A stretch of 64,000 bases of DNA from an uncultured Planctomycetia bacterium (GCA_964527555.1 CAZGOG010000002.1:41698-105697), one strand, 5' to 3'; counted from the stretch's first letter, positions 40,281 through 50,001 are shown. Made by a program: numbers and translations. The notes: a model not told the origin generated them from the sequence alone.

Positions 40281-40945
40281 TTCTTCAGAAGGTCCTCTCC
40301 GATTTTCTCGTCGCTTTTAAACCCTATAGGCCCGAAACGGCAGTTAAGGTTGAACATCATCACTTCTTCCTCGCTGATCTTAAGGTTCCGCATGTTTTTA
40401 AGTTCGATCTCCTCGAAATAGCTGGAGAACTCCATGTTCTTTTTGAGACTGTTGATAAACCTGGCGACTGTAGCCGTCGCTTCTTCGCTCTTGCCAAGAG
40501 CATACCCGTTAAGATTAAGCCAGACAGGGAGATCGCTTATCACTATCTTTTTGTCTTTCTCATCCCGGAAACTCAGCTCAAAGTTTGAGAGCCAAATGTT
40601 CGGTATTATCGACTGGTTGAGACCGCTGAGGAGCATGGACCAGTCCAGATCGGGTTTGGCGATCTTTTTTACCGCGGCTATCCTTCTTTCAAGGTTGTTT
40701 ATTTCTCTGGCAAGGCGTTCCGTTCTTTCACGCTGCGGTTTCATCTGGTTCCATTTCTCTTCCAGCACCCCGTACTCTTTCCTGTTACTGCCGACCACCA
40801 GCAGCATAAGAACATGCACGGCGATCAGGACTGCTATTACGCCTAAAGCCGCCGGTAACGCCGGCAGTGTCGGCAGCTTGGGCATCTGTATCTGCCTTCT
40901 CTTCTTTCTCCTCAGATCCTTGGGCAGCAAATTAAGCTCTATCAT
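40277..40945 (-). CDS. pilN: Type IV pilus assembly protein PilN
   Basis: MIELNLLP (INLLP PilM-binding motif), TM, coiled coil, IPNIWL. Confidence 0.88.
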   Translation of the reverse strand: MIELNLLPKDLRRKKRRQIQMPKLPTLPALPAALGVIAVLIAVHVLMLLVVGSNRKEYGVLEEKWNQMKPQRERTERLAREINNLERRIAAVKKIAKPDLDWSMLLSGLNQSIIPNIWLSNFELSFRDEKDKKIVISDLPVWLNLNGYALGKSEEATATVARFINSLKKNMEFSSYFEEIELKNMRNLKISEEEVMMFNLNCRFGPIGFKSDEKIGEDLLKK

Positions 40946-40961
40946 GATAAAATATTTTAGT

Positions 40962-41984
40962 TTACTTGATCCCTCTAAGCGCAAGTCCTATCCCGACAGC
41001 AAGCTGGCATGAAACCGGTTTTATCTTTTCGGCTGAAATGTTCTCGGATATCTTTAGACCTTTAAGCGGATCCCATTTCTTTACTTCAGTGGCGAGTCTT
41101 TCACCCAGGTGATCAAGCACCCCCTCCTGGCGGACCATCCCGCCGGAACAATAAATGTCGCTGATTCCCTTATTGTACCTGTTTTCAAAATATCCGAAAG
41201 ACAGTTGTACCTCCTTGATAAGATCATCAAGGATAGATGCGGCAGCCTGTTTTACAGCCTCTTTATTCCCGCCTTCATGGCCTAAAATGTACTCGTTTGC
41301 CTTTTCTATCGGAATAGACATATTCCGGCAGATGGCCTTGATGACATCCTTACCCCCAATCTGCACCTGCCTCATAAAGCAAGGCATCTCGCCGATCGAT
41401 ATCAATATATCGGTCTCGGAATGCCCGAGGTCCAAAAGGACATTACCCTTATCCTCGGCAAAAGTATTGGATTCAAGGAAGACATTGAACATCGCAAAAG
41501 AAGCGATATCCATTATGTTCACTATGATATCCATGCCCTCGAACATTTTTACCAGGTGTGCGATAGGCTCGCGTTTTGCGGCGGCCAAAAGGACCTTCAT
41601 GCGCCCCGCCTCTTCAGCATCGCCCAAAATAATAGAGTCGAGAACGACCTCTTTTATGCTGAAAGGAATGTACTTCTCAGCTTCAAAGGCAAGGGCGTTA
41701 GCCAGCTGTTCTTTGGTCATTTTGGGAAGGTCTATGAACCGCACGATCACGTCAGGCCCGGATATGGAGAGGTTGATTTCTTCCGGGTGAAAACCGATTT
41801 CTTTAAGGGCTTCTTCTATAAAACGCTGTGTTTCATAGCTTTTGGCATCGGGGGGGATATTTTTTATGCTAAAGGCAGAAAGCGTTTTACCATCAGAACT
41901 TTTCTCGAGGGAAACGGCCTTTATGGAATAACTTCCAATATCCAAGCCGACTGATTTTTCTGATGCACTTCCGATTTTTACCAT
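40962..41984 (-). CDS. pilM: Type IV pilus assembly protein PilM
   Basis: VGLDIGSYSIK, FEAEKYIPF, LDLGHS, SGG, LAVGIGLALR. Confidence 0.93.
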   Translation of the reverse strand: MVKIGSASEKSVGLDIGSYSIKAVSLEKSSDGKTLSAFSIKNIPPDAKSYETQRFIEEALKEIGFHPEEINLSISGPDVIVRFIDLPKMTKEQLANALAFEAEKYIPFSIKEVVLDSIILGDAEEAGRMKVLLAAAKREPIAHLVKMFEGMDIIVNIMDIASFAMFNVFLESNTFAEDKGNVLLDLGHSETDILISIGEMPCFMRQVQIGGKDVIKAICRNMSIPIEKANEYILGHEGGNKEAVKQAAASILDDLIKEVQLSFGYFENRYNKGISDIYCSGGMVRQEGVLDHLGERLATEVKKWDPLKGLKISENISAEKIKPVSCQLAVGIGLALRGIK

Positions 41985-42041
41985 ATATTAAGAGTTAAAA
42001 AGTTAGAATTTATATAGAGATTATCTAATATATTTATCCAA

Positions 42042-42070
42042 AGACTATCATACCAACCTGCCATTGTCAA
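42042..42070 (-). promoter_or_regulatory. Putative sigma70 promoter of pilMNOPQ
   Basis: TTGACA-N17-TAGTCT with TGn extension. Confidence 0.55.
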
Positions 42071-42107
42071 GCTGGAGGTATATATAATCTATACTCTAAG
42101 TAATCCT

Positions 42108-43976
42108 CTATGGTTTACTTTTCCCCTCCGATATGATCTTTCGCATAAGTTCGGCCGGTTTTTTAAAACCGGGGTCGCACATGATTGCTTTTTGAAGATA
42201 CATCTTTGCCTGTTTTTCTTCTCCCCCCGCGAGAAAAACCTCCCCAAGATTATAAAAAGCAAGCGGCCTCTCGGGATAAAGTTTTGCGGCTTCCAGATAA
42301 TAAGTCGCTGCCTCAGGCAGATACCCCATACGGCTATATGCGGTGCCAAGATTGATAAGGGCATTGTAATCGTACGGCTTGATCCTGTATGCTCTTTTAG
42401 ACACTTCGAGAGCTTTTTCATCTTCCCCGCTCTCCGAATAGATGGCACCAAGAATAAGAAGCGCTTCAGAGTGCCTGGGGCTCATCTCAAGCACTTTCTC
42501 CAAATAGTTTATTGCGGCTGTCTTATCACCCCGCTTAAGCTCCACCAAAGCCATCCCCACATATGCGTCAAAATTATCGGGGTCGATAGCAAGCACTGTT
42601 TTAAAATCGCGTTCAGCTTCATCCGCCGCTCCCGAAGCAAGCTGCCACCTTCCTCTTAAATAAAGCGCTGCCGCATCGCCGGGCCGGGTCTCTACATAAG
42701 AGTCCATCTCATCCAAAGCCTTCTGGTTTATTTTACCTTTTTTGGATGATACGGCTTTGTAGAACATGGCTGAATCATCTTCTTTTGAAAAAGAAAGTAC
42801 TCGGCCGCTTAAAGATTCGCTCGTCTGCCAGTATTTAGTCTGGGCTATCGTTATGCTCGCAAGGGTGGCAACGATAACAAGAACGCCTCCGGCAATAAGA
42901 TATTTTGACGGCTTTCCTCTTCTTTCATAAACTTCAGTAAGCGAAACTGACACAAAAAGAAATGCCCCGTAGCTGGGAAGGTAGAGCCAGTGTTCCGCGA
43001 ACACTTTGAGGCCAGCCGCCACAAAAAGAAAAGGAACAAGACTTATAAGAAAAAACCCCAATGAAAATACCAGGAGGCGTCTTGAGCCTTTCAGATAAAA
43101 AACGAGGAAGATGATTATGGCGAGAGACGCGATCACGAGGGGGTCCGCCTGTTGTAAAAAAGTGCCTGCCCTTCTCACATGAAGAGCCGCGGGAAAAATC
43201 ACCAGGAGAAAAAACTCTTTAACTATCTCGAAATATTTAGCTGATGCCTCCTCGAAACCAGCAAGCTTTATAACGGTGTGATACCTCCCCCCGAAAAAGA
43301 GGTAATGCGCCAGCGCATATACCCCGCAAAGAAGAAAAGCCGGCACCTGACTTGTCATCCTCTTTTCTCTGAGAACTAATATGCTCATCAAAAGAAGCAG
43401 AAACGGAAAAATAAGCGCCGTTTCCTTTGAAAGAAGCGCAAGCGCCAGAGAAAAAACGCTTGCGGCAAGAAAGATCGGTTTTTTTAATTCTACGTATCTC
43501 ACGTAAAAAATCATGTACAGAAATCCGAACAAAAAGAAAAGCAGGTCCGCCCTGCTGGAGATATATGCTACTACTCCGACATAGGCGGGGTGGATTATAA
43601 ATAAAAGAGAAGCAAGCAATGCCGGCGCCTTCTTGCGCGCAAGCTCCAGCGTCAAATAAAAAACTAATAGACCGTTAAAAAAATGTAGAAGGATACCTGT
43701 AATATGAAACCCCAACGGATTCATCCCCCACAGCCGGTAATCCAAAGCGTAAGTGAGCATCTGCACGGGCCGGTAATAGATAGAGTATATGAAACTGGAG
43801 TTTATTACATCCTGCTTGAATACCTGAAAGGACGCTAAAGACGCGCGAATCTGGGGGTTTTCAAGAACTATGAACTTATCGTCCCACACAAAACCGGCAC
43901 CAGTGACATTGCCGTACGAGACCGCTGTTGCGGTAAGAAGAAGTAACGCTATAAGAATATTTTTACGTGTCAGCAT
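42108..43976 (-). CDS. TMTC-like GT-C membrane glycosyltransferase with C-terminal TPRs
   Basis: FVWDD, YYRPV, LLFIIHP, SSRADLL, LSKET, AEHWLYLPS; multiple TMs followed by TPR repeats. Start placed at MLTRKN. Confidence 0.82.
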   Translation of the reverse strand: MLTRKNILIALLLLTATAVSYGNVTGAGFVWDDKFIVLENPQIRASLASFQVFKQDVINSSFIYSIYYRPVQMLTYALDYRLWGMNPLGFHITGILLHFFNGLLVFYLTLELARKKAPALLASLLFIIHPAYVGVVAYISSRADLLFFLFGFLYMIFYVRYVELKKPIFLAASVFSLALALLSKETALIFPFLLLLMSILVLREKRMTSQVPAFLLCGVYALAHYLFFGGRYHTVIKLAGFEEASAKYFEIVKEFFLLVIFPAALHVRRAGTFLQQADPLVIASLAIIIFLVFYLKGSRRLLVFSLGFFLISLVPFLFVAAGLKVFAEHWLYLPSYGAFLFVSVSLTEVYERRGKPSKYLIAGGVLVIVATLASITIAQTKYWQTSESLSGRVLSFSKEDDSAMFYKAVSSKKGKINQKALDEMDSYVETRPGDAAALYLRGRWQLASGAADEAERDFKTVLAIDPDNFDAYVGMALVELKRGDKTAAINYLEKVLEMSPRHSEALLILGAIYSESGEDEKALEVSKRAYRIKPYDYNALINLGTAYSRMGYLPEAATYYLEAAKLYPERPLAFYNLGEVFLAGGEEKQAKMYLQKAIMCDPGFKKPAELMRKIISEGKSKP

Positions 43977-43977
43977 A

Positions 43978-44095
43978 GTGAAGCTCCATGGGCTAACGCC
44001 CATGGCATCCACAGTTTCAGTTTTTCCGTCAAGCGGAACCCTGTACCGAAGGCCATTCATCCACGCCCATAAGGGCGTGGCCTTCTGGTGTATGG
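43978..44095 (-). mobile_element. Miniature IS200/IS605-like element, copy C (118 nt), 1 nt upstream of the glycosyltransferase ATG
   Basis: Follows TTTGC on the minus strand and ends TTCAC; same hairpins as the other copies. Confidence 0.85.
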
Positions 44096-44099
44096 GCAA

Positions 44100-44128
44100 A
44101 TACTATGTGCAAGAGCGGGGTTTATCAA
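44100..44128 (-). promoter_or_regulatory. Putative sigma70 promoter firing into element copy C
   Basis: TTGATA-N17-TAGTAT immediately before the insertion site. Confidence 0.55.
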
Positions 44129-44156
44129 AATACCATGTTCTGGACAGCTGGACCAA

Positions 44157-44495
44157 TCAGGGTAGTTTATGCCGGTCACCGTCTTCGTTCGGACACTTTA
44201 CGATTATACTGGGGGTGCCGATAATGTAATTGGCTCCGTCAGAGGGACAGGTAGGTGTTGACTTAATATAGTCCGGGACAAGGTCACTCATCGTGGGATT
44301 AGTGTCATTATCAATGTAAAAGATCGCTTTAGCGGCTTCTATCTGCCTTAGATTCGCGATGCATCCCCTGTTCTGAGCTTCCCTGCGGGCTCTGACTATG
44401 TTAGGAATGGCAATGGCCGCAAGCAGGCCTATTATCCCTATGATTATCATCATCTCGACAAGTGTAAAACCTTTTTTCCCCAATGTTTTCTCCAT
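44157..44495 (-). CDS. Type IV pilin, paralog 2
   Basis: KKG|FTLVEMMIIIGIIGLLAAIAIPN; CIANLRQI; TCP...CP disulfide region. Start could alternatively be 44507. Confidence 0.9.
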   Translation of the reverse strand: MEKTLGKKGFTLVEMMIIIGIIGLLAAIAIPNIVRARREAQNRGCIANLRQIEAAKAIFYIDNDTNPTMSDLVPDYIKSTPTCPSDGANYIIGTPSIIVKCPNEDGDRHKLP

Positions 44496-44634
44496 TCGAT
44501 TTATCATAAAACCGTTTAAACGAAGACACATATTAAGAATAAGTTAACTTAAGTTTAGTATACCTTAATATGATAAAAAAGCAAATCAAGTACGAAATTT
44601 TGATAATAGCGGATTCGAAGAGTAAAAAGGTTAG

Positions 44635-44674
44635 AATAAAAAAGAAGAGGGCGATTTTTAAATCGCCCTCTTCT
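44635..44674 (-). terminator. Intrinsic terminator after pilin 1
   Basis: Perfect inverted repeat AGAAGAGGGCGATTT-TT-AAATCGCCCTCTTCT followed by a T-run on the minus strand. Confidence 0.85.
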
Positions 44675-44703
44675 CTAGATCTCACGCTTGCTGGAACGAA
44701 CCT

Positions 44704-45051
44704 TTACGGTAATTTGTGCTTATCACCGTCTTCGTTCGGGCATGTCGGAGGCGTATTAAGAGCATTGACATTGTAATCAGACCCGTCAGTAGGACAAGTC
44801 GGTGTCGATTTGATATAATCAGGCACCAGATCCCCTATGTCGGGAGTCCCCGTATTGCCATCCAAGGCCCATAACGTTTTAGCGCCGTCTATCTGCTTTA
44901 AGTTAGCGATACAGGCTTTGTTCTGGGCGGCTTCACGAGCCTTTATAAAGTTTGGTATGGCAATAGCAGCCAATAAACCTATAATTGCGACAACGATCAT
45001 GATCTCAACAAGTGTGAAACCTCCTTTACCCAAATATTTTCTCATCTTCAT
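44704..45051 (-). CDS. Type IV pilin, paralog 1 (probable major pilin)
   Basis: KGG|FTLVEIMIVVAIIGLLAAIAIPNF; strong AAGGAGG SD; own promoter and terminator. Confidence 0.92.
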   Translation of the reverse strand: MKMRKYLGKGGFTLVEIMIVVAIIGLLAAIAIPNFIKAREAAQNKACIANLKQIDGAKTLWALDGNTGTPDIGDLVPDYIKSTPTCPTDGSDYNVNALNTPPTCPNEDGDKHKLP

Positions 45052-45112
45052 ATCTCTCACCTCCTTCCTTTTACAGTCTCGAGGGCGGACTAATTGCACC
45101 GCTCTACTTTAA

Positions 45113-45141
45113 AGTATACCTTCATATCTTATCTAAAGCAA
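45113..45141 (-). promoter_or_regulatory. Putative promoter of pilin 1
   Basis: TTGCTT-N17-TATACT; the same pair (N16) precedes pilin 2 at 44557-44584. Confidence 0.6.
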
Positions 45142-45200
45142 CCTACCTCCAGAAAACTATGTTTCTAAATCTACATTCACCTAAAGTATGCATTCCGAGT

Positions 45201-45233
45201 ATTAATTTTGTATTAATTTAAAATTAATTTTGT
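45201..45233. repeat. Three 11-bp-phased direct repeats upstream of the pilin 1 promoter
   Basis: ATTAATTTTGT / ATTAATTTAAA / ATTAATTTTGT starting at 45201, 45212, 45223. Confidence 0.6.
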
Positions 45234-45270
45234 GTTAAAAACCGCGCTTTTATGCCGCAATCCTAGCGGA

Positions 45271-46491
45271 TTAAAACTCGATTAACGTCCCCATCTTGAA
45301 TATGGGCAGAAACATAGAGATAACAATACCCCCTATGATCACACCCAGAAATACTATAACAAAAGGCTCGATTAAGCTGGTGAGGCTGTCAACTGTAGAA
45401 CTGACCTGGTCATCATAAAAATCCGCTATTTTAGAAAGCATCTTTTCCAGCTCGCCGCTTTTCTCGCCTACGGATATCATGCGGGTGACAAGCGGCGGGA
45501 ATATCCCGCTTTTCTCCATGGGGGTTGCGATGCTTTCCCCTTCCTTGACGCTCTCTTTTACCGCGTAAACCGATCTTTCGACGACCACATTACCGGCGGT
45601 TTTAGCGACGATCTCAAGCGCAGAAAGTATCGGAACACCGCTTCTGACAAGAGTGCTGAGCGTACGGCTAAACTTACTGATAGCGACTTTCTTGAACAGG
45701 GGGCCGAATACGGGCAGCTTCAGTTTCAGGCCGTCAAATGCCAGTCTCCCCTGCGCCGTGTTAATGTACCACTTAACACCGGAACCTACGCCGATAACTC
45801 CTATTGCGAGCAGCCAGAAAGAACTTCGCACTATGTCGCTTACGTTTATCAGAAACTGTGTAGGTCCCGGCAGTTCCGCGCCAAAACCGGAAAACATGTC
45901 TTTAAAAACGGGTATGACCCTCAGGATCAATACAAATGTTATTACCAGAGCCAGAAAAGAAACAACGGCGGGATACACCATCGCCGATCTTATCTTTCTT
46001 TGAAGGGAATGCGTCTTCTCCATATACGTGGCGACCCTTTCCAGAACCTCATCCAGCATACCGCTTGATTCGCCTGCTTTTACCATGTTCACAAAAAATT
46101 CAGAAAAAACAGAACTGTGTTTTGCCATGGCATCCGAAAGACTGGCCCCGGTATTGACAGAGTCACGTACGTCCAATATCACTTTCTTAAAACGGGCATG
46201 CGCTACCTGATCACCCATCGTATCAAGCGCATTGACGATGGTGATCCCCGCCCCTGTCATGGTCGCCATCTGTCTTACAAATATGACAAGTTCATCCATG
46301 GGCACTTTTCTTCTACTGGAAGACATTAAAGAAGAGATGATTGATTCCCTCTTTTTGAGCTCATCTATTCTTATCATGAGCATATCTCTGCTGCGGATTA
46401 CTTCGATGGCGGATTTCTTGTCAGGCGCTTCCAGATCACCCCTCATGGTACGCCCTTCCTTGTTCTTTGCTACATATGCGAATTTTGGCAT
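45271..46491 (-). CDS. pilC: Type IV pilus platform protein
   Basis: FVRQMATM, AGESSG.L, SAMVYP, VGEKSGELE, LIEP, FLPIF. Confidence 0.95.
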   Translation of the reverse strand: MPKFAYVAKNKEGRTMRGDLEAPDKKSAIEVIRSRDMLMIRIDELKKRESIISSLMSSSRRKVPMDELVIFVRQMATMTGAGITIVNALDTMGDQVAHARFKKVILDVRDSVNTGASLSDAMAKHSSVFSEFFVNMVKAGESSGMLDEVLERVATYMEKTHSLQRKIRSAMVYPAVVSFLALVITFVLILRVIPVFKDMFSGFGAELPGPTQFLINVSDIVRSSFWLLAIGVIGVGSGVKWYINTAQGRLAFDGLKLKLPVFGPLFKKVAISKFSRTLSTLVRSGVPILSALEIVAKTAGNVVVERSVYAVKESVKEGESIATPMEKSGIFPPLVTRMISVGEKSGELEKMLSKIADFYDDQVSSTVDSLTSLIEPFVIVFLGVIIGGIVISMFLPIFKMGTLIEF

Positions 46492-46541
46492 GACTGTCCT
46501 TCCATATTCATTTTAAAAGATCACTTACCACGCGCTTTCCA

Positions 46542-48254
46542 TCAAGTAACTCTCAAAACTTCCTCTAAAGTGGTCCATCCCTTGATAAACTTCATCATCG
46601 CATTATCACGCAAAGTCCTCGTGCCTTTTGTCCTCAAATACTCCCTTATCTCGCCTTCGGAAGCCTTTTTATCTATCATCTTTTTTATCCGGTCATCTAT
46701 AAGAAGCGTCTCGAGTGTCCCAAGCCTGCCGCTGTAACCCGTGCCGCTGCACCTCGGACACCCTCTTCCCTTATAGAACTTACCCACACCCCGGGCTTCG
46801 GGATACTTTTTATGCATTTCGTCTATCATCTTTGCCGGTATCTCCGCTTCGACCTTGCAATGCGGGCATATCCTTCTAAGAAGTCTCTGGGCACATGCCA
46901 TGATGAGACTCGCCCCGACAAGGAAGGGTTCAATACCCATATTCTCAAGACGCGTGATCGCCCCGACCGCATCGTTCGTATGCAGGGTGCTTAAGACCAT
47001 CTGCCCTGTAAGCGAAGCTTTGATGGCTATATCCGCGGTCTCAAAATCTCTTATCTCTCCCACCAGGATAACATCCGGGCTCTGGCGCAGTATCGCCCTC
47101 AAGCCGCTGGCGAAGTCCAGTCCTATTTCAGGCCGGGCTGCTATCTGGGTTATGCCGGCAACCTGGTACTCAACGGGATCCTCCACAGTGATTATGTTCC
47201 GCTCGGGAGTATTCATCTCGTTAAGCACCGAATAAAGCGTGGTGGATTTACCGCTGCCGGTGGGGCCTGTGACCAGTATTATCCCAAAGGGCCTCGAAAG
47301 CGCTTCCTTGAAATCAGCCAGAGGTTCCGGCAAAAACCCGAGAGACTCAAGCCCAAGAGAGAGACTCCCCTTGTCAAGCGCCCTCAAGACTATCTTATTG
47401 CCGAAACTTATGGGAAGCACGGAAACGCGGAAATCTATGTCTCTTTTCTCAAGTTTTATGCGGAACCTTCCGTCCTGCGGCACCCTCGTCTCCGTGATGT
47501 CAAGAGTAGACATTATTTTCAGACGCGCTATTATCGCGTTCTGGTTCTTCTTCGGCAGGTCGAAAACGCTGTGAAGCTGTCCGTCAATGCGATAGCGGAT
47601 CCTGAGCGATTTTTCCTGAGGTTCAATATGGATATCACTGGCTCTTTTCTTGATCGCCTCGCTTATTATAAGATCGACCATCTTGACAATGGGCGCCGCC
47701 GTACTTTCTCTGGTTATCTCCCTTACGTCAAGGCCTTCCTCCCTTTTAACAACTTCTACGTCAGATCCGCCTGCCTCCTCGTCCATGATGGTGGAGATGT
47801 CGACCTCTTCTTCAACCTCATAAAAGGCGCGCAGGACCTCCTGAAGCTCCTTACGGGTGGCCAGAGTCAGTTCCACGTCACAGCCCGTTACGGTCTTGAC
47901 ATCGTCTATCGCATAAACGTCAGTAGGGTCAGAGACAATAAGCGTCATATCCTTGCCGATCTTGGACAGTGGCACTACAGAATGACGCCGGGCCACTTTC
48001 TCCGGCACCAGGCTCATCGTATCATCATCCAATACAACTCTTGAAATATCTATAGGGGGGATATTTAATTCACCGCTTAACGTTATTAAAAGATCGTGGT
48101 CTGAGACGGCTCCGCTTTCGGAAAGCGCTTTTATTATGTCGCTTCTGTTTTTCCTCTTGAGCTCGTTATCGAGCTTGTTCCGCGTCTCTTCGTCTATCAG
48201 CCCATTGTCCCGCAAGGCTTTCAGTATCCTGTCTTTTATTAGAAGTTGTGTCAT
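46542..48254 (-). CDS. pilB: PilB/GspE extension ATPase, paralog 2
   Basis: ASDIHIEP, GPTGSGKSTT, LRQSPDVILVGEIRD, STLHTND, CPHC...CPRC. Confidence 0.92.
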   Translation of the reverse strand: MTQLLIKDRILKALRDNGLIDEETRNKLDNELKRKNRSDIIKALSESGAVSDHDLLITLSGELNIPPIDISRVVLDDDTMSLVPEKVARRHSVVPLSKIGKDMTLIVSDPTDVYAIDDVKTVTGCDVELTLATRKELQEVLRAFYEVEEEVDISTIMDEEAGGSDVEVVKREEGLDVREITRESTAAPIVKMVDLIISEAIKKRASDIHIEPQEKSLRIRYRIDGQLHSVFDLPKKNQNAIIARLKIMSTLDITETRVPQDGRFRIKLEKRDIDFRVSVLPISFGNKIVLRALDKGSLSLGLESLGFLPEPLADFKEALSRPFGIILVTGPTGSGKSTTLYSVLNEMNTPERNIITVEDPVEYQVAGITQIAARPEIGLDFASGLRAILRQSPDVILVGEIRDFETADIAIKASLTGQMVLSTLHTNDAVGAITRLENMGIEPFLVGASLIMACAQRLLRRICPHCKVEAEIPAKMIDEMHKKYPEARGVGKFYKGRGCPRCSGTGYSGRLGTLETLLIDDRIKKMIDKKASEGEIREYLRTKGTRTLRDNAMMKFIKGWTTLEEVLRVT

Positions 48255-48261
48255 CTTACAA

Positions 48262-49998
48262 TCATCCTGTCTCTTTGTCTCCGAGAGTTATGCGCAAGAC
48301 ATCCTCAAGAGAAGCAACACCGTCGATCACGTTTTCTATGCCGTTTTCCCTCAGTGTAGTCATCCCGTCACACCTGGCGGCTTTTTCTATATCAGCCGCA
48401 TCGGCTTCTTTAAATATAAGATCCTTTATCGCGGGGGTCAGTATAAGACATTCTATGATACCGAGTCTGCCCTGATATCCGGAATTTGCGCATCTTTTGC
48501 ATCCCTTAGGACGATAGATCTTCATGGGAGATGAGTCCCTGTCAAGAAGGCCGTATTTCTCGGCAACCTCTTTCGGCGGAAAATACTCTTCCTTGCATTC
48601 GGGACATAACTTTCTCAGAAGTCTCTGCGCCGCTATAAGTTCCACGGAAGCCGCAATAAGGAAAGGTTCTACTCCCATATTTATCATCCTCACGATCGCC
48701 CCGCTTGCGGTATTGGTATGGAGAGTGCTTAAGACAAGGTGCCCGGTAAGCGCGGACTTGATCGCGACGTCCAAGGTATCGAAATCCCTTATCTCACCCA
48801 CCATGATAACATCCGGGTCCTGTCTTAAAATCGAACGCAGAGACCCCGCAAAAGTAAGCCCTATATCCTCTTTTATTGAAACCTGGTTAATACCTTTAAG
48901 CTCGTATTCTACGGGGTCTTCCACGGTGATCAGGTTCTTTTTCGGATCGTCCACATGCTTAAGTATGGAATACAAGGTCGTGGTCTTCCCGCAGCCGGTA
49001 GGCCCGCAGACAAGGATCATTCCGTGAGGCCTTTCGCTGGCGGTGCGTATCTTCTCTTTATCCTTTTCTTTGAAACCCAAAACATCCAGGTCTATCTTGG
49101 CATACTGCCGATCGAGTATTCTAAGGGCGGCTTTCTCGCCGTAGCTTGAGGGTACTATGGAGACCCTGAAGTCTATCTTTCTGCCTTCGACTTTTATCCT
49201 GAACCTGCCGTCCTGGGGCAGGCGCCTTTCAGCGATATCAAGGTTAGACATGACTTTAATGCGCGATATTATCGGCTGGTGGAACTTCTTGCTGGGCGCG
49301 TATCGTTCAAATAACGTGCCGTCTATACGGTAACGCACTCTGGACTTGTTCTCCATCGGCTCTATCAAAACATCGCTGGAACGCTCCTTGACGGCCTTGC
49401 TTAATATCGTGTTGGTAAGCTTGACCACAGGCGCTTCTTCCGTTATCTTAAGTAGATCTATCGAGGAGAGATCCTCTTCCTCGCCGGAGACCATCTGCAT
49501 CTGAGAGCTTTCTATGTCGTCCACTATGGCGCTTATCTCTTCGTCCGCCGACTTTTCGTAATACTGCCGGAGAGCATCTTTCATCTCATCTTCAGCGGCA
49601 ATAACGGGGCTGACATTGAGCTTGGTCATGATCTTGATGTCATCGAGCACGAATATGTTCAGAGGATCGACCATGGCAACCGTAAGCTGCTTGCCTATAC
49701 GCGAAATCGGCAGTATCCCTTCCTCAAGCGCGGTCTTCTTGGGTATAAGCGCGAGCACCTCATCCTCGATTTTAAGACTGGAAAGCTTAACCGGAGGGAA
49801 TCCCAGTTCTTCACTCAAGGCCGTTAAAAGGTCATCCCTTGACAGCGCATGCATTTCGACCAGCGTATCGCCTATATTGCCCCCTTTTTTCGTACAGGCT
49901 TCCTCCGCCTTTTTAAGGTCCTCTTTGGTGATAAGTCCCTTCTTAAGGAGAAGGTCACAAATCTTTTTAGTAAGTGAAAGCGGCATCTTTACCAGCAC
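48262..49998 (-). CDS. pilB: PilB/GspE extension ATPase, paralog 1
   Basis: RLPQDGR, GPTGCGKTTT, LRQDPDVIMVGEIRD, STLHTN, CPEC...CKRC. Confidence 0.92.
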   Translation of the reverse strand: MLVKMPLSLTKKICDLLLKKGLITKEDLKKAEEACTKKGGNIGDTLVEMHALSRDDLLTALSEELGFPPVKLSSLKIEDEVLALIPKKTALEEGILPISRIGKQLTVAMVDPLNIFVLDDIKIMTKLNVSPVIAAEDEMKDALRQYYEKSADEEISAIVDDIESSQMQMVSGEEEDLSSIDLLKITEEAPVVKLTNTILSKAVKERSSDVLIEPMENKSRVRYRIDGTLFERYAPSKKFHQPIISRIKVMSNLDIAERRLPQDGRFRIKVEGRKIDFRVSIVPSSYGEKAALRILDRQYAKIDLDVLGFKEKDKEKIRTASERPHGMILVCGPTGCGKTTTLYSILKHVDDPKKNLITVEDPVEYELKGINQVSIKEDIGLTFAGSLRSILRQDPDVIMVGEIRDFDTLDVAIKSALTGHLVLSTLHTNTASGAIVRMINMGVEPFLIAASVELIAAQRLLRKLCPECKEEYFPPKEVAEKYGLLDRDSSPMKIYRPKGCKRCANSGYQGRLGIIECLILTPAIKDLIFKEADAADIEKAARCDGMTTLRENGIENVIDGVASLEDVLRITLGDKETG

Positions 49999-50001
49999 CC
50001 C

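Noticed and set aside
43977-44099. 41-aa N-terminal extension of the glycosyltransferase (likewise the rsmA start at 19122)
   Set aside because: These extensions begin in or next to the element; downstream ATGs give family-typical N-termini.
44157-44531. Pilin 2 as a silent pilS-type cassette or DGR target
   Set aside because: It has an intact leader and a promoter, differences include synonymous non-adenine changes, and no reverse transcriptase is present.
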